The notes: a model not told the origin generated them from the sequence alone. Positions 19,654 through 30,024 are shown, counted from the first letter of the stretch. The stretch is 64,000 nucleotides of DNA from an uncultured Actinomycetota bacterium (GCA_963723165.1 CAVRPP010000010.1:128882-192881), one strand, 5' to 3'. A program made the numbers and translations.

Positions 19654-20987
19654 GCCGCCTGCAGGGCCGCAGCGAGGTCCTCGTCCTGATCAGCAGGTAC
19701 CGCCCGCACGTCGATGATCAGCTCTCCGGCTTCCCGCCGGGCGATCACCGGGATGTCCCACATCAGCAAGCGGTCCCAGACCAGATCGGCTGCTGGTTCC
19801 TGCACGACCAGAACGGGAGACGGAACGGTGGCGCCCGGGACCGAGCCTGCGCCTGGAACCGACTCGCCTGCCCGAATCTCACCGACGGTACCCGACTCGG
19901 CCAAGATGTTTTCGAGTCGCGAATTCAGGTCGGAAGGCAGGGTTGCCGCCATCGCCCAGAACGGGATCTCCTGGCCCCGCCCGTCGGCATACATCTCGAG
20001 GGTTGCCGAAAGGGCTGCCAGCGTCGGCCCGCCACATCGAACGGCCCGAGCCGCCGGATGTTTGGCAATCCTCGCGACAAGATCGGCCTTGCCGACAACT
20101 ATCCCGGCCTGCGGCCCGCCGAGCAGCTTGTCGCCTGAGAACAGGACCAGATCGGCGCCCGCTTCGACTGCTTGACGGACCCCGGGTTCCTCAGCCAGCC
20201 AGTGCGGTGGGGGGCCAGACAGCCAGGGGACGTTCTCGTCGAGGAGTCCACTTCCGACGTCGTAGACAAGCGGCAATCCACGGTCATGGGCTAGTTCGAC
20301 CATCGGCTTCAGATCGACCTCCTGGGTGAACCCGACCACCCGGTAGTTGGACGTGTGAACCTTGAGCAGCAGGGCCGTTTCTGCGGAGACCGCAGATGAA
20401 TAGTCTGCGAGGTGCGTTCGATTGGTAGTTCCAACCTCGACCATCGTTGCTCCGCTGGCGGCCATCAGTTCGGGGAGCCGGTATGAGCCGCCGATTTCAA
20501 TGAGTTCGCCGCGTGAGACCGGCACCTGTCTTCCCGTCGCCAGAGCCGCCAGCGTCAGGTAGAGGCCGGCAGCGTTGTTATTGACCACCAGGGATGCCTC
20601 GGCGCCGGTCGAGATTCGGGCCAGCTCGCGGACGTATCCTGCTCTGCCTCCGCGATTGCCGGTGACGAGATCGAATTCCACATTCCCGTAGGACGTGGCT
20701 GCCGCCCGGGCTGCATCGGCTGCTTCGCCGGCGAGGGGTGCTCGTCCCAGATTCGTGTGAAGAAGCACGCCGGTGGCGTTGATGACCGCCTGGAGGCGGC
20801 TGGCCTGGAGACGGCCGACGATTTCCCCAGCAATTACGCGGGGGTCTCCTTCGTTTCCTCGGGCGATTTCTTCTCTCGCCCGGTCGATCGCGGTCCGGGC
20901 ACATTCAATGACGATCGATCGTGGCAGGCCCGTGGCAGGCAGGGCCCGCACAAGGGCGTCGACCGACGGCAGGTCACGGAGCGGCAT
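19641..20987 (-). CDS. selA: L-seryl-tRNA(Sec) selenium transferase SelA
   Basis: 448 aa; 'INATGVLLHTNLGRAPL'; PLP-fold; 13-nt overlap with selB. Confidence 0.85.
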   Translation of the reverse strand: MPLRDLPSVDALVRALPATGLPRSIVIECARTAIDRAREEIARGNEGDPRVIAGEIVGRLQASRLQAVINATGVLLHTNLGRAPLAGEAADAARAAATSYGNVEFDLVTGNRGGRAGYVRELARISTGAEASLVVNNNAAGLYLTLAALATGRQVPVSRGELIEIGGSYRLPELMAASGATMVEVGTTNRTHLADYSSAVSAETALLLKVHTSNYRVVGFTQEVDLKPMVELAHDRGLPLVYDVGSGLLDENVPWLSGPPPHWLAEEPGVRQAVEAGADLVLFSGDKLLGGPQAGIVVGKADLVARIAKHPAARAVRCGGPTLAALSATLEMYADGRGQEIPFWAMAATLPSDLNSRLENILAESGTVGEIRAGESVPGAGSVPGATVPSPVLVVQEPAADLVWDRLLMWDIPVIARREAGELIIDVRAVPADQDEDLAAALQAACRS

Positions 20988-21024
20988 GGAGACAGCATAC
21001 CGGTGGCGGTATCCTCACCCCACA

Positions 21025-21390
21025 ATGAGTCTTCCCGTCATCTTTGTCACCGTGTCGGTTGTCGAGCTGCTGGTGCTGGCGGCGGTCGAGGATCGGATCG
21101 GGTTGGGCCCGACCCTTGCAATCATTTTGCTCACGGGTGTTGTGGGCGCTTCCCTGGTACGAAGTCAGGGGTTCAGCGTCTTCGCCCGGGCGCGGCTCCA
21201 GATGAGTCAAGGTGCTTTCCCCGGGCGCGAACTTGCGCACGGCGCTCTTGTGCTCATCGGCGGTGCTCTCCTGCTCACCCCCGGATTCCTCACAGACGCA
21301 TTGGGGTTCGCCTTGATGGTGCCGGCGTTTCGGGAAGTGGTGCGAGTGCGGGGGACGCGGTTTTTGCAACGCCGGGTGCCAGGCCGATGA
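21025..21390 (+). CDS. FxsA-family cytoplasmic membrane protein
   Basis: 'LIGGALLLTPGFLTDALGFALMVP' FxsA signature. Confidence 0.7.
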   Translation: MSLPVIFVTVSVVELLVLAAVEDRIGLGPTLAIILLTGVVGASLVRSQGFSVFARARLQMSQGAFPGRELAHGALVLIGGALLLTPGFLTDALGFALMVPAFREVVRVRGTRFLQRRVPGR

Positions 21391-22097
21391 TCCGGTCCGC
21401 TTCGACGGTTTGTCTGCTCAGATCGGCGCCGAACGGGCTCGAGGTCCTGATGGTGCGCCGCTCGTCCGCTTCGGCCTTCGTTGGCGGTGCCTATGTCTTC
21501 CCGGGAGGCGCCGTCGATGATGCCGACCATTCCGAGCTCGCCCGGCAGGCCGTGAGCGGGATAGACGACCCGGAGATGTTTCCGTGGGCGGCTGCTGCTC
21601 TGCGTGAAGCCGCCGAAGAAGCGGGAGTGCTCGTGATGTCCTCGCCGGATCCGGCTCTGCTCGGTCTGCACGGGGCGGACTTGTATGGCGGTCTCGCTGC
21701 CTCTGGAGCGACGCTCGATGGTGCCCGGTTGGCGTACCTATCGAATTGGGTCACCCCTGCTGGTGAACCGCGCCGCTTTGATACCCGCTTCTTCGTTGCC
21801 GAAGTTGCACCGGAGACCGGGGCTGAAGCGGATGGCCATGAAGTGACCGAAGCCACATGGGTCCGCCCGGCTGGAGCTCTCGAGCGCGCCAGGGCACGGC
21901 AATGGTTCATGATTCCTCCCACCGTTTTGACCCTGCGCACTCTGGAGCGGTTCGCGACTCCCGGCGAAGCAGTTGCTTTCGCCCGGAACCAGGATCTCGT
22001 GCCTCGCATCGAACCAAAGCTGGTTGTCGGGGCGGACGGCGCCATCCAGATTCTGATGCCAGGCCAGCACGGGTACGACGACCCCGATCTGCTGTGA
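21387..22097 (+). CDS. NUDIX hydrolase
   Basis: Nudix box 'GGAVDDADHSELARQAVSGIDDPEMFPWAAAALREAAEEAGV'; ATGA overlap with fxsA. Confidence 0.7.
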   Translation: MIRSASTVCLLRSAPNGLEVLMVRRSSASAFVGGAYVFPGGAVDDADHSELARQAVSGIDDPEMFPWAAAALREAAEEAGVLVMSSPDPALLGLHGADLYGGLAASGATLDGARLAYLSNWVTPAGEPRRFDTRFFVAEVAPETGAEADGHEVTEATWVRPAGALERARARQWFMIPPTVLTLRTLERFATPGEAVAFARNQDLVPRIEPKLVVGADGAIQILMPGQHGYDDPDLL

Positions 22098-22118
22098 CGG
22101 CCTGGGAAATCTGTTGAA

Positions 22119-23762
22119 TCAGCTCGCAGCCGTTGAGGCCGGTGGCTCACCGGGTCGGGCGGATGACGGGATGCTTGCACCAGAGGTATGGCGGGTATCG
22201 GGCAGCAACCAGCTCATCCCAAAGCCAAGCAGCACGAAGGCCATGGCCGTCAAGGCCGCCCGCTTGGCCGAGTCCACAAACACGCCCCGCAGTTCGTCCA
22301 CGACCTCCTCCGAGCCCGGTTGCTCTGTCAGCTGAATGATGATCTGACCGGCGGAGGCTTTCATGGCCTCGGCTATCCCCTCGACGGCCTGAGGAGGGAG
22401 TCCCGGCAGAGTGGCGAGTCGATCCGCCGACAGGGTTCCAAGGCTGGTGGCCAGGACCGTGCCGACGAGGGCGATACCAAACGCCGATCCGATCTGGCGG
22501 AAGGTGCTCTGCATACCCGACGCCTGGCCGGAATCCCTGGGGGGAACGTCGACCAGGATCACACTGGTGAGCTGGGCAGTCGCCAAACCAACCCCGACAC
22601 CGTAAACGAACAGCGAGGGGATGAGGCGGGCTCCCGTCATGTCCGGGTTGATCAGGAAGGCGATGCTGGCGATGGCCACCGCTTCGATCAGCATGCCGGT
22701 CGTAACCACCCGTCGTGGTCCGAACCGTTGCGCCAGAGCGGCCGCCGCCGGCCCCCCCAGGAAAGCCCCACCCGCCAGAGCCAGCAGCAGCAAGCCCGTT
22801 TGAAACGCTGTGTAGCCGAGTACTGCGGTCAGGAAGAGCGGCAGAACGAAGATCATGCCTAACTCTCCAAGACTCAGGGTGGCAGCCGTGAGGTTGCCGT
22901 ACCGGAAGCTCTTGATGCCGAAGAGGGCCAAATTGAAGAGCACCGGTTTTCCCGATGCGGTCCGCCTGGTCTCAATGACGAAAAACAACGGGATGCAAAC
23001 GGCCGCCACTGCAAACGCAAAGGGCACCACAGACACGGTTCCCACCGACCAGGTCCAGCCCCCGATGGTGAACGGGCGGGTGGCCTCGAACCAGCCGTAT
23101 CGGGATCCTTCGATGAGGCCAAAAACCAGGCTGGAGAGACCGATGGAGATGGCCGCCACCCCAGCCGGGTCGAAGCCTGGTTCGGCGTGTTCATCGCGGC
23201 TGTCGGATACCCATCTCATGGACCCGGCCAGGGCCAGTGCTCCCACCGGGACATTGATGTAGAAGGCCCATCGCCAGGAGAAGCTCGTAGTGAGCCAGCC
23301 GCCCAGTAGGGGGCCCAGAGCTGCCATGCCGCCGATAACCGAGCCCCAGATCCCAAAGGCGATCGCTCGCTCACGGCCCTGAAAGCTGGCATTGACGATC
23401 GAGAGGGTCGAGGGGAGGATCATCGCCGCGCCGATGCCTTGTAGCGAACGGGCAGCTATCAACAAGCCCCCGGTTGGTGCCTGCCCGGCCAGCATGCTGG
23501 CGGCAACAAATGTAACCAGGCCGGCGTGAAAGAGGCGCTTCCGACCGTAGAGGTCTCCGATCCGCCCCAGAGTGATGAGGAGGGCTGCGAACACCAGTGA
23601 GTAGATGGTGTTGATCCACTCCGCATCGACCAGCTCGATCCCGAGGTCGTCGATGATCGAGGGGATCGCAACATTCACGATGGTGGCGTCGACGATGATC
23701 ATCGCCACGCCGACGCTCAGCATGGCCAGAGCCAACCAGCGCACTTTGGAGGTTTGTGCCAT
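22119..23762 (-). CDS. MFS transporter (DHA2-like, 14 TMS) drug/H+ antiporter family
   Basis: 'LGRIGDLYGRKRLF' MFS motif; start set at the internal ATG (23762), which precedes the first TM helix. Confidence 0.8.
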   Translation of the reverse strand: MAQTSKVRWLALAMLSVGVAMIIVDATIVNVAIPSIIDDLGIELVDAEWINTIYSLVFAALLITLGRIGDLYGRKRLFHAGLVTFVAASMLAGQAPTGGLLIAARSLQGIGAAMILPSTLSIVNASFQGRERAIAFGIWGSVIGGMAALGPLLGGWLTTSFSWRWAFYINVPVGALALAGSMRWVSDSRDEHAEPGFDPAGVAAISIGLSSLVFGLIEGSRYGWFEATRPFTIGGWTWSVGTVSVVPFAFAVAAVCIPLFFVIETRRTASGKPVLFNLALFGIKSFRYGNLTAATLSLGELGMIFVLPLFLTAVLGYTAFQTGLLLLALAGGAFLGGPAAAALAQRFGPRRVVTTGMLIEAVAIASIAFLINPDMTGARLIPSLFVYGVGVGLATAQLTSVILVDVPPRDSGQASGMQSTFRQIGSAFGIALVGTVLATSLGTLSADRLATLPGLPPQAVEGIAEAMKASAGQIIIQLTEQPGSEEVVDELRGVFVDSAKRAALTAMAFVLLGFGMSWLLPDTRHTSGASIPSSARPGEPPASTAAS

Positions 23763-23968
23763 TTTTCCCACACCCAGTCGGAAACGAGGAGTATACCGAC
23801 GGCCGGCGGATTCGAGACCCGTGACTCGTGACACAATGTGCCCACGATGTTTTGCACGGATGATGCCTTGACCCGATGGTTCCCAGCCGATGACGAGAAT
23901 CGTTGGCGTCCATCCGGGAGCGGCGCGTCGAGCCTGATGCGTTTCGTGTTTCAAAGGCGAGCGGTGTC

Positions 23969-24742
23969 ATGAAGGTTGAGTGCGTCCTCGCCCCGAACCC
24001 GGGCCCGTTCACGGGTCCCGGGACAAACACCTATCTGCTCGCCTCCGGCGCTGAGGTGCTGCTGATCGATCCTGGACCGCTCGATCGCTCACACGAAACA
24101 GCGATCATGGACACGGTTGGAGACCGCCTGCCCGTGGGGATTCTCGTCACCCACACCCACGAGGATCATGCCCCTCTGGCGAATCCACTGGCAGCCAGCC
24201 TGGGTGTTCCCACCTACGGAAACGCGCCCGGACCGGGCTTCAAGCCCGACCTGCTCCTTGCCGATGAAGACCTGGTGGGGTTCGGAAATCAACAAGTGCA
24301 GGCGCTGCACACGCCCGGGCACAGCCGCGACCATCTCTGTTTCCTGGTCGGGGACAGTCTCTTCACCGGGGATCACATCATGGGCGGATCGTCGGTTGTC
24401 GTTGAGGACATGACCGCCTACCTGGAAAGCCTGCGGAGGCTGCAACAGTTGGATCTGGCGAGGCTGTACCCCGGGCACGGACTTGTCATGGAGGATCCCG
24501 CCGGTATCGTGGCCTCGTACATTGAGCACCGTCTCGAACGAGAGCGACAAGTGCTTGCGGCCGTGAAGACTGGAGCGAGCACCGTCATGGAGATCGTCCA
24601 GACCGTCTATGCGGATATTGATTCCGCCCTCCATCCTCTGGCAGCCATGTCAGTACGAGCCCATCTGGTCAAGCTCGCCGCGGATGGCACCGTACGGCTC
24701 AACGGCGATGACGACGCCCATCCGGCTGGAGGCACTTCATGA
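23969..24742 (+). CDS. MBL-fold metallo-hydrolase
   Basis: 'THTHEDH' metal-binding motif; 'HTPGHSRDH'. Confidence 0.8.
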   Translation: MKVECVLAPNPGPFTGPGTNTYLLASGAEVLLIDPGPLDRSHETAIMDTVGDRLPVGILVTHTHEDHAPLANPLAASLGVPTYGNAPGPGFKPDLLLADEDLVGFGNQQVQALHTPGHSRDHLCFLVGDSLFTGDHIMGGSSVVVEDMTAYLESLRRLQQLDLARLYPGHGLVMEDPAGIVASYIEHRLERERQVLAAVKTGASTVMEIVQTVYADIDSALHPLAAMSVRAHLVKLAADGTVRLNGDDDAHPAGGTS

Positions 24743-25950
24743 AGGGGCTCCTTCGTCTGCTGGGCGCACTGTTGGTGGTGGCACTGATTGCCCTCCCGGC
24801 GGCCGGGCAGGTGACCCCGCAAGATATTGCCGAGTCGGAGGCCGAGCTGGTTGCTCTGCGGGCCGAGACTGATCAACTGGCCGCCGAATACGAAGCTGCG
24901 GTAACCCGCTCGGCTCAGCTCGAGGATCAGGTGGCAGGTCTCGAGGCTGCGACTCAGGATTCGCAGATCGAACTGGGGATAACTCGCCAATTGGTCCGGG
25001 AACGCGTGGTCGAGATGTACATCGAGTCGAGCACCGCCCAGATTTCGTTGCTCTTTGTAGAGGATCTCGATGGTGGCATCGAGGTCGCCATCGGATATCT
25101 CGAGCAGTTGGGAACTTCCGACACGAAGCTTCTCCGGGATCTAGAGATCATCAAGACAGAGTACGAGCGTCAGCTCGCCGAGCTGGAGACCGCCAAAACT
25201 GAGCAGGAAACGGTGGTATCGGACCTCGCCGCGGTCGGCACTCAGCTGAGCGCCCGCCTGGAGGTGGCCCAGAACAGCTACGTGAACCTGGTGGCACAGC
25301 GGGCCGCCGAAGAACGAGCCCGGCTGGAGGAAGAAGCACGGCAACGGGCGATTGAAGAAGCCCGGCTGGCTGCCGAAGAAGCTGCCCGGGCGGCAGCCAC
25401 GACGACCACGGTCGCACCGACGACGACCAGTGCCGCCGGGACCACGACGACGGCGGCTGGTGAGACCACGACGACGGCAGCCGGTGAGACCACGACGACG
25501 GCAGCCGGTGAGACCACGACCACGACGGCACCTCCGCCCCCACCATCTGGAAAGGCCTGTCCGGTTGACGGGTTCACCAGCTTCACCGACACGTGGGGAG
25601 CGCCACGCTCCGGGGGCCGATCCCATCAAGGCGTCGACATGCTGGGAGCTCGATGGACCCCCCTTGTTGCTCTGGAATCCGGCACGATCCACCGGATGGG
25701 CAATGGAGGTCTCGGTGGCATCACCATCTGGCTGCGGGGCGCCACCGGCCACCGGTACTACTACGCCCATCTGGAAGCGTGGGCCGACGGGCTGAAGGTC
25801 GGCCAGTCCGTCCAGGTCGGCGAATTGATCGGGTACATGGGCACATCGGGGAACGCTCCCGACTACATCCCGCATGTGCACTTCGAGTATCACCCGGGAG
25901 GCGGAGCGGCCGTCAATCCATACCCGCTGGTCAAAGGTCTGTGCGGCTAG
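24739..25950 (+). CDS. M23-family peptidase with N-terminal coiled-coil and Thr-rich linker
   Basis: 'HQGVDM...HVHFEYH' LytM motifs; coiled-coil region; ATGA overlap with the previous gene. Confidence 0.85.
   Translation: MKGLLRLLGALLVVALIALPAAGQVTPQDIAESEAELVALRAETDQLAAEYEAAVTRSAQLEDQVAGLEAATQDSQIELGITRQLVRERVVEMYIESSTAQISLLFVEDLDGGIEVAIGYLEQLGTSDTKLLRDLEIIKTEYERQLAELETAKTEQETVVSDLAAVGTQLSARLEVAQNSYVNLVAQRAAEERARLEEEARQRAIEEARLAAEEAARAAATTTTVAPTTTSAAGTTTTAAGETTTTAAGETTTTAAGETTTTTAPPPPPSGKACPVDGFTSFTDTWGAPRSGGRSHQGVDMLGARWTPLVALESGTIHRMGNGGLGGITIWLRGATGHRYYYAHLEAWADGLKVGQSVQVGELIGYMGTSGNAPDYIPHVHFEYHPGGGAAVNPYPLVKGLCG
25456..25530 (+). repeat. 24-bp in-frame tandem repeat x3 (encodes GETTTTAA units) inside the M23 peptidase gene
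   Basis: ggtgagaccacgacgacggcagcc repeated. Confidence 0.8.
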
Positions 25951-25984
25951 TTCGCTTCGCTCGCGGTAATCAGTTATCAGTCTG
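25951..25984. repeat. TCGCTTCGCTCGC box plus heptamers (CGGTAAT CAGTTAT CAGTCTG)
   Basis: same box and heptamer type as at 2127-2176. Confidence 0.7.
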
Positions 25985-26219
25985 TCGCATGCCGAGAAGC
26001 AAGAAAGCAGAAGATCGGCTTAGCGCCGATCCTCTGCTTTGCGGTCCCCAGGGAAGGGGATCTGGTTGTCTCCCAGCGCTTCGAGTGTGGTTCGCCTCCC
26101 AGCGGCCTTATCACCTTGGCACGTTCTCCATGAGTATCGGGCTTGGAGGCCCAGGAGTTGGGGGCGGTTTGCGGTTCGCCCTAAGTGACTAGTGCCCTAT
26201 GGCCGGAGAGCGGAGCACT

Positions 26220-27398
26220 TCAGAGCGAGGTGGCAACCGTCTGGTGATCTGCGTCGGCCGGTGCGTCGAGCGCTTCCAACAACCGGGCCACGCGGGCCGT
26301 GCACGTCTCGTCTTGGGCGGGCGGGACCAGCTGGGTGATCCGTTCAGCCGCTGCTGCAAATGCCCGGGCGGACGGGTTGTCCGGGAAGGCCCGGACCACC
26401 GGAGTGCCCTGGTCTCCGCCGCTAACGATGTGCTCGTCCAGCGGAATGCGACCGATGAGCGGGACTCCCAGTGATTGGGCCAGCTCGTCTCCACCTCCGC
26501 GGCCGAACAGGTGGACGATCTCCCCGTGGCCGCAGTCGAAACCCGCCATGTTCTCGATTACCCCGACAACCGGCATGTAGGAACGGCGCGCCATGTCGGC
26601 CACGCGGACGGCCACCTTTTGCGCGGCGAGCTGCGGAGTGGTCACCACCACCATCTCGGCCTGGGGAAGCAGACGCGAAAGCGCCATCTGGATGTCGCCG
26701 GTCCCGGGTGGCATGTCGATCACGAGATACTCGAGGTCGCCCCACGCCACTTGTTTGAGGAACTGCTCGAGGGCCTTGGACAACATCAAACCGCGCCACA
26801 TCAAGGCGGTTTCCTCGGAATCAACGATCAGTCCGGTCGAAACGAGCTTGATGCCCTGCGCTTCGACCGGGACGATGATCCGATCCTCCCCTGCCTCGAG
26901 GCGGGCATCGGTGCCCAGCATGCGGGGAATCGAAAAACCCCAGATGTCGGCGTCGAGCAGCCCGACCCGGTAACCGAGGTCGGCCATCGCTAGAGCCAGG
27001 TTGACGCTGGCTGAAGACTTGCCCACTCCGCCCTTGCCGCTCCCAACGGCGATCACACGGGTCAGTGGATTCACCAGTGTCGGCTCGGCGTTCTCGCGGG
27101 CTTTCAACCGGGCGGTGCTCATCACCTCGGCCCGTTGCTTCTTAGTCATGGCGCGGGTTTCCACTTTGACCCCGGTCACGCCGGGAATGGCCCCCACTTT
27201 GCGAATCGTGTCTTGTTCGATCTGAGATCGCATCGGGCACTCGGCGATGGTCAAGGCGACACCGACTGTGACCACTCCTTCGTCTGAGATCCTCACGTCG
27301 GGGATCATTCCCAACTCGACGACATCACCGCCCAGTTCGGGGTCGACGACCCCGCGCAACGCCTGGAATACTTGATCATTGGTCGGCATGGACAACAT
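26220..27398 (-). CDS. Mrp/ApbC Fe-S cluster carrier ATPase with N-terminal DUF59
   Basis: 'VGSGKGGVGKSS' deviant Walker A; MIP18-like N-terminus. Confidence 0.85.
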   Translation of the reverse strand: MLSMPTNDQVFQALRGVVDPELGGDVVELGMIPDVRISDEGVVTVGVALTIAECPMRSQIEQDTIRKVGAIPGVTGVKVETRAMTKKQRAEVMSTARLKARENAEPTLVNPLTRVIAVGSGKGGVGKSSASVNLALAMADLGYRVGLLDADIWGFSIPRMLGTDARLEAGEDRIIVPVEAQGIKLVSTGLIVDSEETALMWRGLMLSKALEQFLKQVAWGDLEYLVIDMPPGTGDIQMALSRLLPQAEMVVVTTPQLAAQKVAVRVADMARRSYMPVVGVIENMAGFDCGHGEIVHLFGRGGGDELAQSLGVPLIGRIPLDEHIVSGGDQGTPVVRAFPDNPSARAFAAAAERITQLVPPAQDETCTARVARLLEALDAPADADHQTVATSL

Positions 27399-27492
27399 GG
27401 TACGAAGGTATTTGCACTACGGAGATATTGGGAATGTTGACCCGGATGTGACGTATACTGCCGTTTCATTGAGGGAGACAGAGGAGTCGTCC

Positions 27493-27858
27493 ATGGATCA
27501 GCTGGTTTCGATCAAGTCGTCGGTCCCGCCGCGTGCAGTCATTGTCACTGATAGCGCCGCAACCAAGATCAAAGACCTGATTCAAGCCGAAGGCGATCCT
27601 GCCCTGTTCTTGCGGATGGGGGTTCGCCCCGGCGGATGCAGCGGCTTCTCCTACGAGATGTTCTTCGACAGCGAGATCGACGAGCAGTCAGACATTGTTG
27701 AGACCTACGGCGAAGTCCGGGTCGTTGTCGACAATCAATCTGTCGAAATGTTGCGCGGATCCACCCTGGATTACCAGGAGGGCTTGATGGGCGCCGGGTT
27801 CGCAGTCAACAACCCGAATGTCACCAAGTCCTGCGGGTGCGGCAGCAGCTTCAGCTGA
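27493..27858 (+). CDS. HesB/IscA-family iron-sulfur cluster insertion protein
   Basis: 'GGCSGFSY' and C-terminal 'CGCGSSF'. Confidence 0.85.
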   Translation: MDQLVSIKSSVPPRAVIVTDSAATKIKDLIQAEGDPALFLRMGVRPGGCSGFSYEMFFDSEIDEQSDIVETYGEVRVVVDNQSVEMLRGSTLDYQEGLMGAGFAVNNPNVTKSCGCGSSFS

Positions 27859-27971
27859 GCCAACCACCTGAACATCGAACAAGGGACCCTGCGGGGTCCC
27901 TTTTGGTTTGCGGACCGGAACACTTCCCGAGGCCTGTAGCCTTGTGAGGATCCAGATCACGAGGAGAAGCC

Positions 27972-28358
27972 ATGCCCAAGCGGGTGCTGACCACCCCCAG
28001 CGCGCCCGGTGCGCTCGGACCCTATTCGGTTGCCGTCCAGGCGGGCGATTTTGTCTTTGTCTCGGGGCAGGTGGCAATCGACCCTGCCACCGGCAAGCGG
28101 GCGCCTGATGACGTGGCCGCCCAGGCGAAGCAGATCATGGAGAACGTGAAGGCAATCCTGGGCGATGTTGGTCTGACTTTGCACGACATTGTCAAGACGA
28201 CCATTTTCCTGGTCGATATGAACGATTTCCCCACTGTGAACGAGGTCTACGGCGGTTACTTCGACAACGAACCGCCCGCCCGCTCAACAGTGGCGGTGGC
28301 TGCATTGCCGGGCGGTTTTCTCGTAGAGATCGAAGTAATCGTCGGCAGAAGCTATTGA
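27972..28358 (+). CDS. RidA (YjgF/L-PSP) family deaminase
   Basis: 128 aa; 'PARSTVAVAALPGGFLVEIEVI'. Confidence 0.85.
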   Translation: MPKRVLTTPSAPGALGPYSVAVQAGDFVFVSGQVAIDPATGKRAPDDVAAQAKQIMENVKAILGDVGLTLHDIVKTTIFLVDMNDFPTVNEVYGGYFDNEPPARSTVAVAALPGGFLVEIEVIVGRSY

Positions 28359-28392
28359 TCACGCCCAGCAGACTGAGAACGAGGAGTATCCG

Positions 28393-29910
28393 ATGAACAA
28401 GATTGAGGTTTTCGCCCGGCTCGGGCTCGACGAAACCAACTCGGGTGTCTACGCCGGGGGTTGGTTGCCCGGAGCCGGCCGGGAGATCGAGAGCATCAAC
28501 CCGGCGACCGGTGAGGTGCTGGCCACGGTCAGGCGAGCCTCACCCGATGAATACGAGCAGGTCATCAGCACCTCGGTAGCCGCCTTCGCCGAGTGGCGGA
28601 TGTTGCCGGCTCCTCGGCGGGGAGAGTACATCCGGTTGCTCGGCAACGCTCTGCGTGAACAGAAGGAACCCCTGGCGGCGCTCGTCTCACTGGAAATGGG
28701 CAAGATCTTGCCCGAAGGCGAAGGTGAAGTTCAGGAGATGATCGACATCACCGACTTCGCGGTCGGTCTGTCTCGCCAGTTGTACGGGTTGACCATGGTG
28801 TCGGAGAGACCCCGGCACCGCATGTACGAGCAGTGGCATCCGCTGGGTCCAGTTGCCTCGATCACGTCGTTCAACTTCCCGATCGCCGTGTGGGCGTGGA
28901 ATTCCGCGATTGCTGCCGTCTGTGGGGACACCAATGTGTGGAAGCCATCGAGTATGACCCCCCTCACCGCCATTGCCGTCACCAAGATCGTCGATCAGGT
29001 GATGAAGGGCTCAGGGTTCGAGGCAGTTTTCAACCTGGTAGTGGGAGGCGGAGCGGATATCGGCGATGCCATCGTCAATGACGGCCGTATTCCTCTGGTC
29101 TCCGCAACCGGGTCATGCGACATGGGTTACAAAGTCAGCGCCGGCGTCGCCAAACGTCTCGGCCGCTCGATTCTGGAACTCGGCGGCAATAACGCAATGA
29201 TCATCATGGATGACGCCGACCTCGATCTGGCCGTCCGGGGAGCCCTGTTCGCGGCGGTTGGAACCGCCGGACAGCGATGCACCTCGCTGCGGCGGTTGAT
29301 CTGCCAACGAGGCGTTGTCGACGAGGTCGCCCAGAGGTTGGTCGATGCGTATGGACAGGTTCGGATCGGCGATCCACTCGATCCGACCACGGTGATGGGG
29401 CCGCTCGTCGACTCCACTGCGGTGGAGAACATGATGACCGCATTGGCCATCGCCGAAGAGCAGGGCGGCAAGATTTTGTGCGGTGGGAACCGGCTTCCCG
29501 ACCTCGGTCCGGCGTTTGCCGAACCCACCATCATGATGATGGACAAAGACGCCCCGATCCTGCAGGAGGAGACGTTTGCTCCTTTGCTCTACATCATCCC
29601 GGTCGACGGCCTCGATCAAGCTATTGCCGTGCAGAACGGGGTCCGGCAAGGACTGTCTTCGGCCATATTCACGGATTCGTTGAAGTCGGCCGAAACGTTC
29701 CTGTCGCATCTGGGCTCTGACTGCGGCATAGCCAATGTCAACATCGGTACGTCGGGAGCCGAAATCGGCGGAGCGTTCGGCGGTGAGAAAGAAACCGGTG
29801 GAGGCCGCGAGGCAGGATCCGACGCCTGGAAGGCATACATGCGGCGTCAGACCACCACGATCAACTGGGGCGACGACCTGCCCCTTGCCCAGGGCATCGA
29901 GTTCGGATAA
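28393..29910 (+). CDS. aldehyde dehydrogenase (ALDH7/piperideine-6-carboxylate / aminoadipate-semialdehyde dehydrogenase-like)
   Basis: 505 aa; 'ELGGNNAMII', catalytic 'GQRCTS'. Confidence 0.8.
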   Translation: MNKIEVFARLGLDETNSGVYAGGWLPGAGREIESINPATGEVLATVRRASPDEYEQVISTSVAAFAEWRMLPAPRRGEYIRLLGNALREQKEPLAALVSLEMGKILPEGEGEVQEMIDITDFAVGLSRQLYGLTMVSERPRHRMYEQWHPLGPVASITSFNFPIAVWAWNSAIAAVCGDTNVWKPSSMTPLTAIAVTKIVDQVMKGSGFEAVFNLVVGGGADIGDAIVNDGRIPLVSATGSCDMGYKVSAGVAKRLGRSILELGGNNAMIIMDDADLDLAVRGALFAAVGTAGQRCTSLRRLICQRGVVDEVAQRLVDAYGQVRIGDPLDPTTVMGPLVDSTAVENMMTALAIAEEQGGKILCGGNRLPDLGPAFAEPTIMMMDKDAPILQEETFAPLLYIIPVDGLDQAIAVQNGVRQGLSSAIFTDSLKSAETFLSHLGSDCGIANVNIGTSGAEIGGAFGGEKETGGGREAGSDAWKAYMRRQTTTINWGDDLPLAQGIEFG

Positions 29911-29915
29911 GAAGT

Positions 29916-30019
<104 letters not shown>

Positions 30020-30024
30020 CGCTC

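Noticed and set aside
23763-23968. Operator for the divergent MFS/MBL promoters (GTGAC direct repeat, near-palindrome CACAATGTG)
   Set aside because: The symmetry is imperfect. No TetR/MarR-type regulator gene is adjacent. It is too weak to call a site.
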